64,000 nucleotides of DNA, taken from NCBI RefSeq assembly GCF_001194135.2, contig NC_068986.1, positions 112,897,694 to 112,961,693 of the forward strand, given 5' to 3'. The position numbers and the translations under genes were made by a program. Shown here piece after piece: positions 26,633 through 40,574 of this stretch. The notes under the pieces were generated by a model that was not told the origin of the DNA, did not search any database, and was given only the letters and a program-made list of their open reading frames with translations. Within the stretch, counting starts at the first letter, position 1. Every line of letters starts with the position of its first letter. The stretch comes from Octopus bimaculoides (taxonomy: Eukaryota).

Positions 26633-27269
26633 TTATATATATCCAAAAAAGTTAGGGGTTGTGAATCCAACCAACTAAGGGATAGTATATATCCAATATA
26701 CTGCTGGTAGAATACCCAATTATTATTACACTAATGTATTTTCTTTGCATGGCAATTACATTACCAAGTGCAATAAATAGGTGCGGGTAAAAAGTTATTT
26801 TACCATTAATTTATATAGCAATAAGAAATTGGAGGGGATTACATGAATACCATCTATCAATCCCCTCCATTTTCTTATTGCTATATATANNNNNNNNNNN
26901 NNNNNNNNNNNNNNNNNNNNNNNNNNNNNNNNNNNNNNNNNNNNNNNNNNNNNNNNNNNNNNNNNNNNNNNNNNNNNNNNNNNNNNNNNNNNNNNNNNNN
27001 NNNNNNNNNNNNNNNNNNNNNNNNNTATATATATATATATATATATATAAACATGTGTACGTGTTGGTCTGTTTCAATTCTGTGTCATATAGCAAACCGT
27101 ATGTGGTATGTGCAACTTGAGTTATTATAAGCTAATTTTTATACTTTTTAACTGATAATAGCTTGCTAACTTTCTCTTATCGCTATTCTTAGAGCTTTAT
27201 TTCTCTCTTTCTTTTCCTTCGTTTCAGTGTCTTATTTGTTTTCTTCCTTATTTCATTGCTAGTCTATAT

Positions 27270-27620
27270 ACGTTGTATATTATTCTGTTTGGTGATGTCT
27301 TTTTCTGCCCTTCTTTTTATCTGCAAATAACGCTGACCATTGACCTCTCATGATAAGCATCATCTGTATGCAGTTCCTTTAGTGTAATCTTTACTCCGTG
27401 ACTGAGAACTTGTTCGCTTGTTTGACTTTCAATTACCTGATATATATTTAAAATCTCCAAATTACATAATACCTTCCTCTAGTTTTCTCTTTGATGTACT
27501 CTTTTTCTCGCATTCCTTTCCTGCACCAATGGCCGCTGCTTTTCAATCAGATCTTCCGTGTGAATGATTGCTGTAAATGAGAACTGTATAGTGAGGTATT
27601 AGTTTGAAGAAAGATGTGAG
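27270..27620 (-). mobile_element. Possible decayed RTE-type APE endonuclease remnant
   Basis: Minus-strand fragments FGDFKYISG (cf. GDFNAKIG) and MRGQWSALFA (cf. NERGQRL..F). Weak. Confidence 0.25.
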
Positions 27621-29094
27621 GAGGAATTGACTTGAGTGAGTTTCCACGTAAAAATTGAAAACACAACTTCAAAGATTTACCCAGAAAATAAAACGGAATC
27701 AAGCAGCAACAATATATTGCAAGAGAAAAGAGCCATTAGCGATGAACATATAAACAGGAATTGGACTATGTCTGAATCAAGATAATAATATTGAAGAAAT
27801 ATCAATTACTTGTACTTTCGATTTCTAATCAGCAAGAAGATAATAAAATTGTCATTTAGCTCAAAGTTTAACTTGGTAGACATTCAGAACCCATCCAGAA
27901 ATATTTACGTTGAAGTGATTGTGGTAGCATATATCAACAGTGGTAAAGGATATTTGATTTAAAATGAAATAAAAGTTATATCTACTTCAGAGTGCCTTCA
28001 TCTTAAAATTTATAGAAAATCCTGCAGCAAAACGATAGCAAAATCCATTTCGATCATTTTTGAAAATATGTGGTTTGTATGCGGAGTTTAAAAGTACCCC
28101 CAACCAACAACAAAAAATGAGTCTATTGCAAATACACAGCAACTCGAGGTTTTTTTTTCAAACGTTATTTACTCCTAACCTTTGATAATAAAATTATTCC
28201 TAACAAAGAATGCAGGAAGTATGAAAGGGAGTAGGTGTTACTTTCGTTATTTCAAAAACATTAAAAACGCCAAAGGTATGAAATCATAAAGAATTTGGTG
28301 GCACCGAAACATTCTATAAAATAGGATTGTATATTAGGCAGTACGTAGTAAACATTGTCTCTCTCTTCTCTCTATCTCTTATTATCTTCCTCTCCAGAGT
28401 ACCTCTCACTCCTCTCACTCATCTCACTATTCCCACTGTTCTTTCTCTATAGATTCTTTCTCTTCGTATAATGAATGTCCAACTGAAGGAATTTTATCTG
28501 TTTTTCGCTTGCCACGTGGCTCTGCGTGATCACCCATCCTACAATTGAATCCTGCTCTGACACACTGACAAAAAACACAAAGCAATAAGCAAATTATAAA
28601 TCAGGTGGCCGTTATAATATCGATATCTGCTTTCACGCAAACATCAACTAAAAAAAGGATCACTATACATAATATACTTGCATATTGACATTCTCATTCA
28701 CACTTTCACATCTCCCTTCATCTTTATTATTTTTTTATCTCTCTTTCACAATCTCATATATCAATCACTTATCTGTTTTTCCTCAAAAAAAAAGGTACCA
28801 AGTTCTACTCCAGGGTTTTCAGAATCATATTGATATCTTGATAACTTACTCACTGGATAGACATATGACTCAGTTACACTGCCAGAAACAAAATAATTCT
28901 TGTTCCCAACTGTAAATGATTGACTGTGAAAACAACAATAAATTCCTCTGAAAGTTACTAAAATCTATGAACCTCTGGTTTCAGCAGCGAGCCAGCGATG
29001 GATGCTCTACCGGTTCATTTGGCATTTAACAAACAGTAACTAAAATATGCTTCAAATTTTAGCGTTTCCTCAACAAATTTCTTAGAAATAATGC

Positions 29095-29225
29095 TTAAGA
29101 TGTTCGACCGAATTCGGTCCTACTGCACGGTACATTGATCAAGTGTATTTTACTAAAGCTCGGAACGATCAATGCTTTGTGAGTAATTTGGTAGAGGGAA
29201 ACTGTGTAGAAGCCCATGTCGTATA
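29095..29225 (+). mobile_element. SINE family C, 5' half (diverged)
   Basis: ttcggtcctactgcacggtac ... gctttgtgagtaatttggtagagggaaactgtgtagaagcccatgtcgtata aligns with 43610-43725. Confidence 0.7.
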
Positions 29226-29508
29226 GACATATAATTTGTGTGTGTAAGTATGTGTGTCTGCATCTTTGTGTTTGTGTTTGACTCACAACGACTTGCCAAG
29301 AAATGTTGGTTTAAGCAGGGATGAACGGGCTAGGTTGCCAGCTTGCCCGTCGGCCATTAGAATCCATATATGGGGGCCTTTGTTAGTATCTAAGGGGCCT
29401 ATTCCATCAAGTTTGAGAATGTTTTATTCCCTCCTTGAAGAGTATGTTTGTATGTATGTATGTACGTATGTATGTACGTATGTATGCACGTATGTATGTA
29501 TGCGTGTA

Positions 29509-30661
29509 TCAGGCTGAGTAAAAGTTAAGTAACGTTTTGAAACATGGAATTCATCACAATATATTTCAACAACGCGGAAATGTTATTCATCGAAGTAAGT
29601 ACCTTTACAATCAATTTATTTTTGCCGAGGAGTTAGAAGTTTGTTTATTCCGGAAACATAAAATCTGGGATTCTGGAGCTGATGAACTCTTTGAACGCCC
29701 TTTCAGCATCGGTTTGATTTTTTAATTCCTTCTCTCTAAGGAAGCCATTAAGGTGCTTGAAAAAGTTGTAGTCGGTAGGGCAAAGGTTTGGGGAATGAGT
29801 CGGGTGGGGAAGAATTTCGTAGCCAAGATCCCTCAATTTCTGGAGCGTTATTTGTGGCACGTGTGACCGAGCATCTTCATGATGAATGATTGGCCCTCTT
29901 CCATTGACCAGTCTGAGACGGAGAAGTAACACTTCTTCGTTCAGTGAAGGTTTTCGGTGCTTCATTTTGGTCCAACCACTGCGAAGAAGGATTTTTTTTT
30001 TTTTATTGTACAGACTCCACATTTCATCATAAGTTACAATACGGTCGTGATATGGATCAGTCTGGTTACGGAGAAGCAAAGACCAAATTTTATATCTGCG
30101 TATTTTCTGATTTTCATTCAAACCATGTGATACCAATTCGACAAGCTTCTTTTATTTTCCCATCACATGCAAATGGTTGCAGGCAGTTTTCTGGCTAACT
30201 TGAAATTTTTTTACCAGTTTTCGTGTTGTTTTACGTGGATCTTTCTCATTGACGGTCTTTAATTGACCGTCATCGATGACAGATGGGCGTCCACTAAACT
30301 CATGTTCTTCAAGGGTCAGGTTTCCACTACGAAATCGTTTAGACCATGTTCGAGCTGACCACTCACTTGTCATTTCCTCACCAAACATTTCGTTGATATC
30401 GCGTGCAGTTTCAGCTGCTTTACGTCCTTTTTTGAAGTTGAATAGCAAAATTGCTCAAATATCACACTTTGACTGTTTCATTTCAGATGATGGTAACAAC
30501 GGTGAAAACAAATATCAATGTTAATTTATTGATGCATTTGGGCAAGTCAACATCTGTATTATCAGACAATTGCAAAAAAAGATTTAAACATTTCAAAACT
30601 CTGTAAAAATCCGGTACAAATTCTCCGTGGTTCAAAATGTTGCTTACTGTTTACTCAACCT
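29509..30661 (-). mobile_element. Mariner (Tc1/mariner, DD34D type) transposon with both TIRs; inactive and internally deleted
   Basis: Left TIR (tc)aggctgagtaaaagttaagtaacgttttga follows a TA at 29507-29508; the right TIR at 30632-30661 reads aggttgagtaaacagtaagcaacattttga in reverse complement. The transposase is split over ORFs 30152-30448 and 29645-30136. Confidence 0.95.
29645..30448 (-). pseudogene. Mariner transposase pseudogene
   Basis: N-terminal HTH (FNFKKGRKAAETARDINEMFGE..RFRSGNLTLE..SGRPS), VSHGL (cf. WVPHEL), IVTYDEMW (first D), HHEDARSH (cf. HDNARPH) and HSPNLCPTDY (cf. YSPDLxPxDY). Frameshifted, with a central deletion. Confidence 0.92.
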
Positions 30662-30689
30662 CTCTCTCACACACACACACACACATATG

Positions 30690-31540
30690 TAGGGATGAGA
30701 TAAGTGGGAGTGAGATGTGCGGGTGGAATGTGGATGGAGGTGTATCAATGAAGGGAGAGGGTGGGCAGGAGTGAAGAGAGTAAGTAGGTGTCAGATGAAG
30801 AGAGGAGATGAGGGTAGTCAGATGAAAAGGGAGAGGATTTGAGCCCACGAGGCGCAAAGGAGAGAAGAGAGAAGATTAATCACTGTTCACGGCGAAGGAG
30901 GAAGTCCGGTTGGCCCCCATGCAAGTACAATCTGAACACAGACAGGTGTTGTAATGAATGACCTGAAATGACGCAAGACCGGGGTGTCATTGCAGAATGT
31001 AATGTTTCAGAGATGCTCCACGAACCGGTTTGCCAAGAGGCATCACGTTTGACCGATGTACAGAGAAGGGAAGAAAGAGCAGGAGGTGCAGCAAATGACG
31101 TTGCTAGAAGTGCAGGCAAAGGAGTCATTGATGTGACAGGGACGATGATGTGGTGGGCTCGTTTGAATTTGAGGTATGAGTGTGAGTCTATGCGTTTGCA
31201 GTGGATGGAGGTAGTGAGACCGGAGTTGTGTATGTTGACAGAAAGTCGAGAAAGGCGACAGAAGTGTTGGAAATAGTGCAGGAGAATTCGAGGGCAGGAT
31301 GGGAGGATTGGACTAAGGTGAGGAAGGAGCCTAGTGGTTCACGGTAGAGTGAGGTCGCTCCGATACGGTCATCAATATAACGACGGTACAGTTTGGGAGT
31401 GAGACCAGCCTAGCCAACGAACAAGTTTTGCATAGTTGGGGCCCATCCTCGTTCCCATGACCACTTGCGAGTCCTGTTGATAAAAATCTCCCGCGGACGA
31501 GAAGCAATTAAGAGATATTTTTACATATATGTACCTAATG
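30690..31540 (-). mobile_element. Penelope-like element remnant (RT + GIY-YIG)
   Basis: Minus strand reads ISLNCFSSAGDFYQQDSQVVMGTRMGPNYA, then in another frame LYRRYIDD (~31370) and SVAFLD, then after a deletion FACTSSNVICCTSC..LYIGQT (~31050) and RFVEHL. A purine-rich (plus strand) 3' UTR lies at 30690-30850. Confidence 0.9.
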
Positions 31541-33426
31541 ACACAACGCCCCACCCGGTGCAGCGATCTTATTACCGTGAGTCCAACAAGGTAACCACAA
31601 TACTTCTCGATCTGGTATATAAACATCCCGATGTACATATTTTCATACTGTGATTCAAAGTGTTAAGTATAGTGCCACCAGTGAAACTTCAGTCACTGTT
31701 AATGAAATTCTAAAAAGAATTTAAGCATTCACCATGTCTTTTATTCATATATTTCTTTAAAAGTTTATATTAAATAATTATATATCACTGTGTGTGTATG
31801 TATGTGTGTGCGTGTGTATATGCGTACGTATGTGTGTCTATATAAGTATGTATGAATATTTATTACCTAAAATAATAGGTTTTCTATAAATAATTCCTCT
31901 ACATTTTACACCTTTCTATATACTTTCTCACCTTTTCACGTGTATATTTTCACCTATTTACATTTCTATCTATACATCGATCATCAAATAATTGCCAAGG
32001 AGTGAAGAAAACAATTCATTTAAGATGTCACAATTGCCTCGCTAATTTAACAATCGCTAAACATGCAAACCTCATCTCTTCTTGTGCTCATTCGGTCAGC
32101 TAGAAACTGCATCAACACTTTCGATAGCCACAATCCACAGAGACATATTAAATGACACATTGGAAAACATTGTCCTGTATTCAGCAATTTTTCAAGAACT
32201 GCCAGTGTCGTAGTTTCGTTTGATCATAGATCTTCCTGCAAGTATCAAATATCAGACTGACGTATATAACAATACTAACAACTTCATTATAGTAAGACTA
32301 CGAAGGAAAATGCCACCCTTCTACGGCTTAATCTTTTCAGAAATGAAGGACAAATGTTCTTCAGTCTCTTTTGTTGTTGTTGCTACTGTCGTTCTTGATG
32401 TTGTTGTTGCCACTGATGTTCTTCATGTTACTTTCGTTGTTAATATTTTTGATAGAATTGTTGTCCTTACTGCTGTTGTTGGTGTTATTGTTGATGTCAT
32501 TCTTGTTGTTGTTATTGTCGCTGATGTCATAGGCATGTTCAACTGAACTCGTGCAGCTAAGCTACAGCTAACAGCAAGAACAACAAGAACAACAAAATTA
32601 CTGCTGACAAGACAAGACTAAAACTATATATACATATTGACACATTTCCATTTGCTGGTTACTTTCTCTGGACTTAGTAAAAGAGAACTGCCTCTGATAG
32701 TAGACGTGAACCTTTGGTAAGCTAGTTCAGTTCTGATACGTGTTAACACCTCAATCACGTGTGAACTACCACCACCATCACAGCCCACACATCGCTACAA
32801 TCACAGGCGGTTATCAACACCGATGTGTACACCTTGCTGGAAATAATTTGCCTTCCGCAAAACAAGTGGCACCGAAACCGAGATGCAATCGCGCCAGTGT
32901 CCTCTTCCTAAATGGTTTCTCGTGATATCATTAATCGATTCAAGCGTTTTGGTATTCTTAAGTGGAATTTTCTCTTTTATTTAATTACCTGATGCTTTCT
33001 CTGGTTATCTTCACCGTTATATATTCAATGGTTTGCGTTAACGAGGAAGCAAATCGATTTAGCTGATGCTCATTATCAATACGATGAGTGTTTAATTAGA
33101 AGATACCCGTATATACAAGTTATTCTATCGAACCAAACCACAATACCGTAGCAAGTTTCTCGCACCTACCATTTCTCTGATATTCAATAATAATTACATT
33201 TTCATTCTTCCGGTTTCGTGAAATGTATTGAGGGTAACTAGCAGCTGTTTACTGTTTAGTGTCCTAATAATTACTATCAATATCGATATGTGTTTGCATG
33301 TATATGGATGTGTGCATTCGCATGGGTGTGTGCGTCTGTATAAAACATAGATTTACATATAAATGCACGCACACACACACACACACTCACACACACACAT
33401 ACACACACACACATACACACACACAC

Positions 33427-33508
33427 ACATACACATACCCATATGGACACACACACATACACATACCCATATGGACACACACACATACACATACCCATAT
33501 GGACACAC
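33427..33508 (+). repeat. 28-bp tandem repeat x3 inside a (CA)n tract
   Basis: cccatatgg recurs at 33438, 33466 and 33494. Confidence 0.9.
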
Positions 33509-36500
33509 GCATCTCAGTGTGTATCTGAGAGTATCTCTGCATACACATGGATGCAATTTCACACTTACGCTCGCTCACACAGATGCACGCACATATATCT
33601 TAAAATGATTTTATTTAATATCATTCCTTTTATTGAAGATTTTTCATATTTTATCATTAGTCCATTGTATTTACTTAGGATGAATAACCTTTCTATGTCA
33701 TTAACTTTACAAGATTTCGACCTTAACTTCTAAATGATATGGGAATTTGAGCGCTGTTGATGCGCTTAGTACTACGTGACAAACGATCAATAGGAAAACT
33801 ATTGTAACTGATAAAATTATTATTGTTGGATTTAAGGTATTCTGCTTAAATCATGCTAATTTTGAGATTGTATTTCACGATTATGTATTTGTGCTTTGAT
33901 ATTTAAGAATGTATTTTGCAATGAAGAATATCTCCATCGGTGACCTATCCGCTTTTTGTAGAATTCGATAAGGGAGAGTAGCAATATAATCTAATGTTTA
34001 CCAATCTCAGTTTGTGCTGAGATTTCTCTTTGAAATTCTTTGACATGTCCAAAATTGTAAATGCATAGATAGTCAACAAAACTATGTCGTATAATACCTG
34101 AGTAACACTAATTAAATGAGGAAGCTAGAAGGGTAGACAAAACCATAGAGCAATACAACTCGTATGACAAATATACGTGCAAGAGATATCTGACTGCTAT
34201 ATCAATCATATTTAACTTGCTTACATAATGGATCACTATATCATAAACATACTCATGTAACAGAAAACCTGCACCACTTGTCATTAATTATTTGGTTTGT
34301 AAATGAGAATAAGAGACAGTCTCGGCAATATAAAACCCTATGCCTACAATCATATTTCAGACACAAAATGTATTGTACGAGAGTTTTGATGTTTATATTA
34401 GAGCAGGAAAATTACTGTCTGATGTATAAATCTACTCAAAATGAGACGTTTAATGCAGAAAGCTTTATAATGTCAAATGACAAACATAAAAATCAGCACA
34501 TAGATTTGTGGCTGATAGGTTTATCAGCTATCAGTATTCACGGAATTCTTTACGTCTTAATATGATATCCGGCAACAATACGCCACAGTTATATCTTCAT
34601 TCACACGATAGATCTTAGAGAGCTCTCAAATGTTAATCAAATTAAGATTTCTAGAGATTAAAATCTATACATTGAAGATTAGTTAAAAAATATGAAAAAC
34701 TCTTCATGAAAAAAAGATATGACTCGGTGAGAGTCATGTCTTCAATGTAACGTCCCCGAAATCAAAAGTGTTTCTTTTGACTTTTATGCAGTTAATTTAT
34801 ATAATTCTTTTAAATATAGGCTACAAACAGATCCGCATTCGCACATAAACAAATATATACATAAATGCATACACTTATATCTATACATATGAAGTTTAAA
34901 CTAAATATTTAGGTGGAGGGTTACATGCATGATCTATGAGCACTTTCAGACCCTCTGAGATCTTATAAGAAGATATGAGTAGTTATCATAAAATCGGAAA
35001 CGTATTCGGAATGGTGAGTACTTGGTGGATTCCTCTAAAGACATCCAATTGTCTGGTAATGTTGTGCAACGAGTCGACGGTTTAAATTTACCGGCCAATA
35101 CTAACCATAACGTAATGATAACTGCAGAGTGATGTGAAATGTAGAGTTTCCGTGTCATATATTACATAAATTCGAGATGGTTTGACATTATTGTCTGAGT
35201 TGCTTCCCTTTTGGTCAGGCATATATTCCCAATCTGCATTCGATCTTCCATGTCTCATTCTGACTTTTTTCTTCTTATCTATGGTGTTTGCTTATTTCAT
35301 GTTTCTTTCTTTATTTAATCGTCGTAACGATTTTGCTGTTTTGTGTTGATCCCGTATTAACATTGATTGAACCGAGAAAAACGATGAAAACATGTTTCAC
35401 CCGTCAATTTCAACTTTCTTTATATCAGCGACAACAGTATCTACTGCATCCTTTCTTTATGATGCTGGTAGTCGAAGATTTCAATGAGATTTGTCTGCAC
35501 TCTCTAACTGTTAATAAACACATCAGTTTGTAGATGTGTTTTTATTACTGTCTTATTTGAGATACTGGCAGATGAGGGTTAATAATGGGGGCGTGGTGCT
35601 ATATTATAGGCATACAGTGATGTAGCGTGCGGACAGTTAAAGCAGTTGCTACTATTGAGATTGAGTAACGTAGCGTAAAGAGAATAAGAGTTATATGAAT
35701 CATGTTGTTTAGTGCAGTATCAAATAGTGAGGTGATATAATCATGTCGTAGTTTAGAATGGAGTCCAGTGTAGCTGTAGCTAATGGCGAAGTAATAGTCA
35801 TGTGTTTGGACTTAACGATCTGATGTAAGCATTGCGTACTGTTTGCTTGATGAAAACGGTTCTGCAATTATTTGAAGTTGTAGTGTACGTGTAGTGTGAT
35901 AGAATAGCGTGTTGTAATGTCACCTGGAAGTCTGATTCACTGTGATGTAGTGAAGTTTAACATAACGGTTTTGTGTGACATTAATTGCTGAGAAGATCTG
36001 CTGTGGTTGCGGTGCAGAGGTGTAGGACGCAATATTGTGGTGTTTTAGTGTAGTGTGAATCAAAAGCAGTGGCTAATCGCAGTGGTGTAGTGTTGAGTTT
36101 TGCATAATTCGCTGAGCAGTATATTATTGAGTTCTTCTAGAGTGTGTTGCTTTATCAATAACAGACTATGTTAGGGTATTGTGGTTATATGTAGAGTAGA
36201 AAAGGCGCAGTGTGCGCTTAAGTGTGCACTGTGGTTCTGGTGTTATTTTGTTGAATTATTTGTTATGGTAGAATGTGAGAGAATTGAATTGCGTGTTGAA
36301 TGATGTGTGTTGTGATGTTTTATTCTTGACTGTTGATGAAAATATGTGTTGTGTAGTGTGGAGTAGTCTGATAGCTTGTTCTGGTGTAGTGAAGGATTGG
36401 ATGAGGAGAATGACGTTGAATGGGAGGCGAGGTATTTAAGCAATATAAATTAATTAATCATTCAAGTAGTTCACATCTGTCCCCGACAAAATACACACAC

Positions 36501-37853
36501 ACACACACGCACACATTAAAACGTACACATACCATCTCTCTTAATCATAAATACACACTCATACAAAATATTTACGTACAATCACTCATTACATTCAAAT
36601 ACGTGTGTGCGTGTGTATGTGTGCAAATATATTTGTATACCAATTCACTTCTAACACAGCTCTATACACACACATAATGCTTCATTCATATGCCGTAGTA
36701 TTTCTTCTAAGATGCAATTTGTGTAGATAACACTTGAAGAACACGGTAACTAAGGCAACAAATTACATTGGCTTCAACCTTATCGATTGTTTGTCTTTGG
36801 CAAAATGCTTCGATTTCCCCATCTTCCCCACCCCTCGCCAATAAAATGGCTGCTAGACATTACCCATCACACTCGGTAAAATTGTGAATATAATACTTCC
36901 GTGTTGGATAGCTTGCACATTTGATATTTTTGGACTTGTAACCTTTTCAGGTTTCCTCAAGTGTAGAATTCAAAATCGAAGCCAGCAGACTCTTGGAGAA
37001 TTCGTTGAGATAACTTGCCATTGTTAATCGCATCAACTTTGATTAAATACTCCAACAATTTTTTCTATATTGTTGAATACAACATACAGTCCTGTTGTTA
37101 TAGTGAAACACATTATTGTATCAGAAACTGTATATATGTATACATACACACATGTATATATATNNNNNNNNNNNNNNNNNNNNNNNNNNNNNNNNNNNNN
37201 NNNNNNNNNNNNNNNNNNNNNNNNNNNNNNNNNNNNNNNNNNNNNNNNNNNNNNNNNNNNNNNNNNNNNNNNNNNNNNNNNNNNNNNNNNNNNNNNNNNN
37301 NNNNNNNNNNNNNNNNNNNNNNNNNNNNNNNNNNNNNNNNNNNNNNNNATATATATATATATATATATATACATATATATATACATACATACACACAAGT
37401 GCTTGTTTGAGTGTGTATGTTCGTGCTCAAGTAGGTGTATAAGATTGTATGTATGCATTGTTTGATCACGTGTTTCTGTGTGAAACCTGAAGAGTTCTTT
37501 GATGCCCCTGCAATTCTATGTATATAGATGCTCTTGCATATGAAATGGTTTAATCACTACTGTTTACCCATACACACATACGTACATACACACACACACA
37601 CACACAAATATATATGTGTGTGTGTGTATGTGTATGTATGTATGCATGTATGCTTGTATGTATTTAAGTATGTATATGTGTATATGTCTCTCTCACACGC
37701 GTTTGACGCAATAGAGTCGTTTATTGAAGGTGAGTGACGTGGGTTTGAGAACAACGTTTAAAGAAACTTACGAGATGTATGAAAACTTACACTTACATAT
37801 ACTCGACAGATTAGGGGACACAACCACATATATGCACTCACACACACACACAC

Positions 37854-37904
<51 letters not shown>

Positions 37905-38009
37905 CATATATATATATGTATACATGTTACAGGAATTCAAAAAGCCATAGAATGTACTCATGTAGTAAAACATATTTAATTTTTGTGAAAGATCATATTT
38001 CGGCATAAA

Positions 38010-38470
38010 ACCACTTAGACGCAGCCTTCTGAATTTTCAGAACTCTACATAGACTACGGATTCCATTCTGTTATTTGCCTTCGCTTCCGCACCCTTTTAA
38101 CCTTCTTCGTTCAGTATGCTTTCGTGAAAGTATAAATACCTAAGCAGGTTCTCTCTGTAAATATGGTGGTGATGCCATACGGATTGGTTTTCGATTGGAT
38201 AAACAGTCGACGAAGTGCTGTCTCGATTCCAAGAACTCATGGAGACGGCTTCGATGCTTTATTTAGGAGCGACATCACAACATTTCCCGGAACAGGGCAC
38301 CAGTCCCTTAAAGGTTTAACGTTACTCAATTACACTTGAAGAATTATCTCTGAACAGACTGGAGCAAGATAAAATGAAGTGTTTTGCTCAAGAACATTAT
38401 GTATCGCACAGACCCGGATCCTGAAACGCTATATTACGGTCATGTGTAGAACAGCTTAACCACTTTATCA
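38010..38470 (-). mobile_element. tRNA-derived SINE with the shared core and a long LINE-like tail (diverged)
   Basis: Minus-strand head gtggttaagctgttc..., core tgttcttgagcaaaacacttcattttatcttgctccagtc, then an unrelated tail. Confidence 0.6.
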
Positions 38471-39330
38471 AACAACAAAGCTGAATTACCGAAACTCCTA
38501 TGTAGGTTGGAGGCTTACAATATGATCAAAATATAGGCCAGGATCAAAATATTGCTGGTATTCAAAAAAGGAACCACTTGATGCCTCTTGAACAATTTAG
38601 GTATACTAAGTAAATTTAAAATGATAGTCATAAGTTTGTTTTCCACTTCTGACATCTGCTCTTATTTTTGAAGGACGAACGTCTTACTAAGTTGATATTT
38701 GTATGGGGTTTACATCTTTAGATGATGTTCTAGAAATAATATTTATGAAACGTTAGAGAATCTCACAATTTGAAGCTGAAAGTCTTTCTATCGAAATATC
38801 ACAAAATATAGCTTGAGACATTGAGAAGAAAAACCAATAGAATTCGTGAACCCATTTACGTATATCTCTGTAGTAACTCGCCCCCCCACACACATACACA
38901 CACACGCACACATATATATATTCTCTTATACACAAATAAATACGCACACATGTGTATATATATGTATATATATATATATATAAGCNNNNNNNNNNNNNNN
39001 NNNNNNNNNNNNNNNNNNNNNNNNNNNNNNNNNNNNNNNNNNNNNNNNNNNNNNNNNNNNNNNNNNNNNNNNNNNNNNNNNNNNNNNNNNNNNNNNNNNN
39101 NNNNNNNNNNNNNNNNNNNNNNNNNNNNNNNNNNNNNNNNNNNNNNNNNNNNNNNNNNNNNNNNNNNNNNNNNNNNNNNNNNNNNNNNNNNNNNNNNNNN
39201 NNNNNNNNNNNNNNNNNNNNNNNNNNNNNNNNNNNNNNNNNNNNNNNNNNNNNNNNNNNNNNNNNNNNNNNNNNNNNNNNNNNNNNNNNNNNNNNNNNNN
39301 NNNNNNNNNNNNNNNNNNNNNNNNNNNNNN

Positions 39331-39370
<40 letters not shown>

Positions 39371-40521
39371 GCATGCGTATGTATGTCTGGGTCTCTTCGA
39401 CTACATGCCCACACTTTCATAGGTACACATGGAAACATGATCTATGTATAAATGTGCACGTGTGTGCAAGATTGGGTCCTATAGCTACGATATTGCGAAT
39501 GATGTCCGCTCTTCTACAAAGACTGGTTTCGCTGTTATTAAAATTCTCCGTTATCGTAGTAAAGAATAACTGTAGGGCGTAAATGTGATGTTGTGACATG
39601 CATCCTTATTCAAGTCCTACATTATCGTATGTTCTGAATTTAAAATTGTCTCCCAATATTCTCAACCCCTCTCTGTTTGACATACAAACGAAACATTTGC
39701 ATATCCACTATTCTAGACGTCTGAAACGACAGCACTCTATAACTTGAAGAATGCATCTAATTACAAAATTATTAATTAATTAATTACAGCCAATTCATCT
39801 CTTTCGTGTTCGTCGCTAATTGGAGTTATGTACCACATTTATTGACACGCAAGGGGATGACAAACGGTTAATTAGCGACACTGAATGATGACAACAGCAT
39901 AACACTCTAAATTACATACAGAAAACTATTTTCACTAAAGGGCTGGCTGTCTAAGACTTAAGTAAATTATACTTTCGGCACAGCTTTTTTTTTTTCTTTT
40001 TTTTTTGTCAAGTACTTTTCTATAAATAGATCCAAGCTAAACTGGTGAACTACGATGGAGGGGAGGGGTTAGCGTGGTAAGCGAGTATTGAAGAAAACTT
40101 CAATGAAAACGATACACACATCTTGGGTATTGCGAAACATATATAAAAAGCGTAGATGAATGTAAATTAGAAAAATATGTTTGGAGTGTAGATGGCTCCG
40201 TCGAGTATAGTAAGGAAACCATATAAATACGTTGGATTGAGGGTGCGCGCGTATGATTGCGTGCATGTGTGTATACTTGTGTGCCTGTGTGTATGTTTGT
40301 GTGTCTCTGTGTGTGTAAATAAATATATATGTAATGGACATGTCATTTACCGTCTGTCGATATAAGTGTTGTTTAAGTGAAGGCGATTTGGTTAAAAGCA
40401 TGGGTTAGTGTATTTTTTTTTTATAAGTAGACATACACACGCACATACAGATAAGGACATACTTACCTATACAAACATTTACAGTCATATACGCGCATAT
40501 ACATATGCGTATGTATATGCG

Positions 40522-40563
<42 letters not shown>

Positions 40564-40574
40564 GCTGGAATTTA

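Noticed and set aside
28511-28520. Perfect palindrome gccacgtggc (E-box/G-box)
   Set aside because: A single 10-mer is not evidence of function in 64 kb.
32330-32600. Minus-strand hydrophobic segment followed by a Thr- or Asn-rich mucin-like frame
   Set aside because: Decayed (AAC)n/(GTT)n repeat; no start codon upstream of the hydrophobic segment, and early stops.
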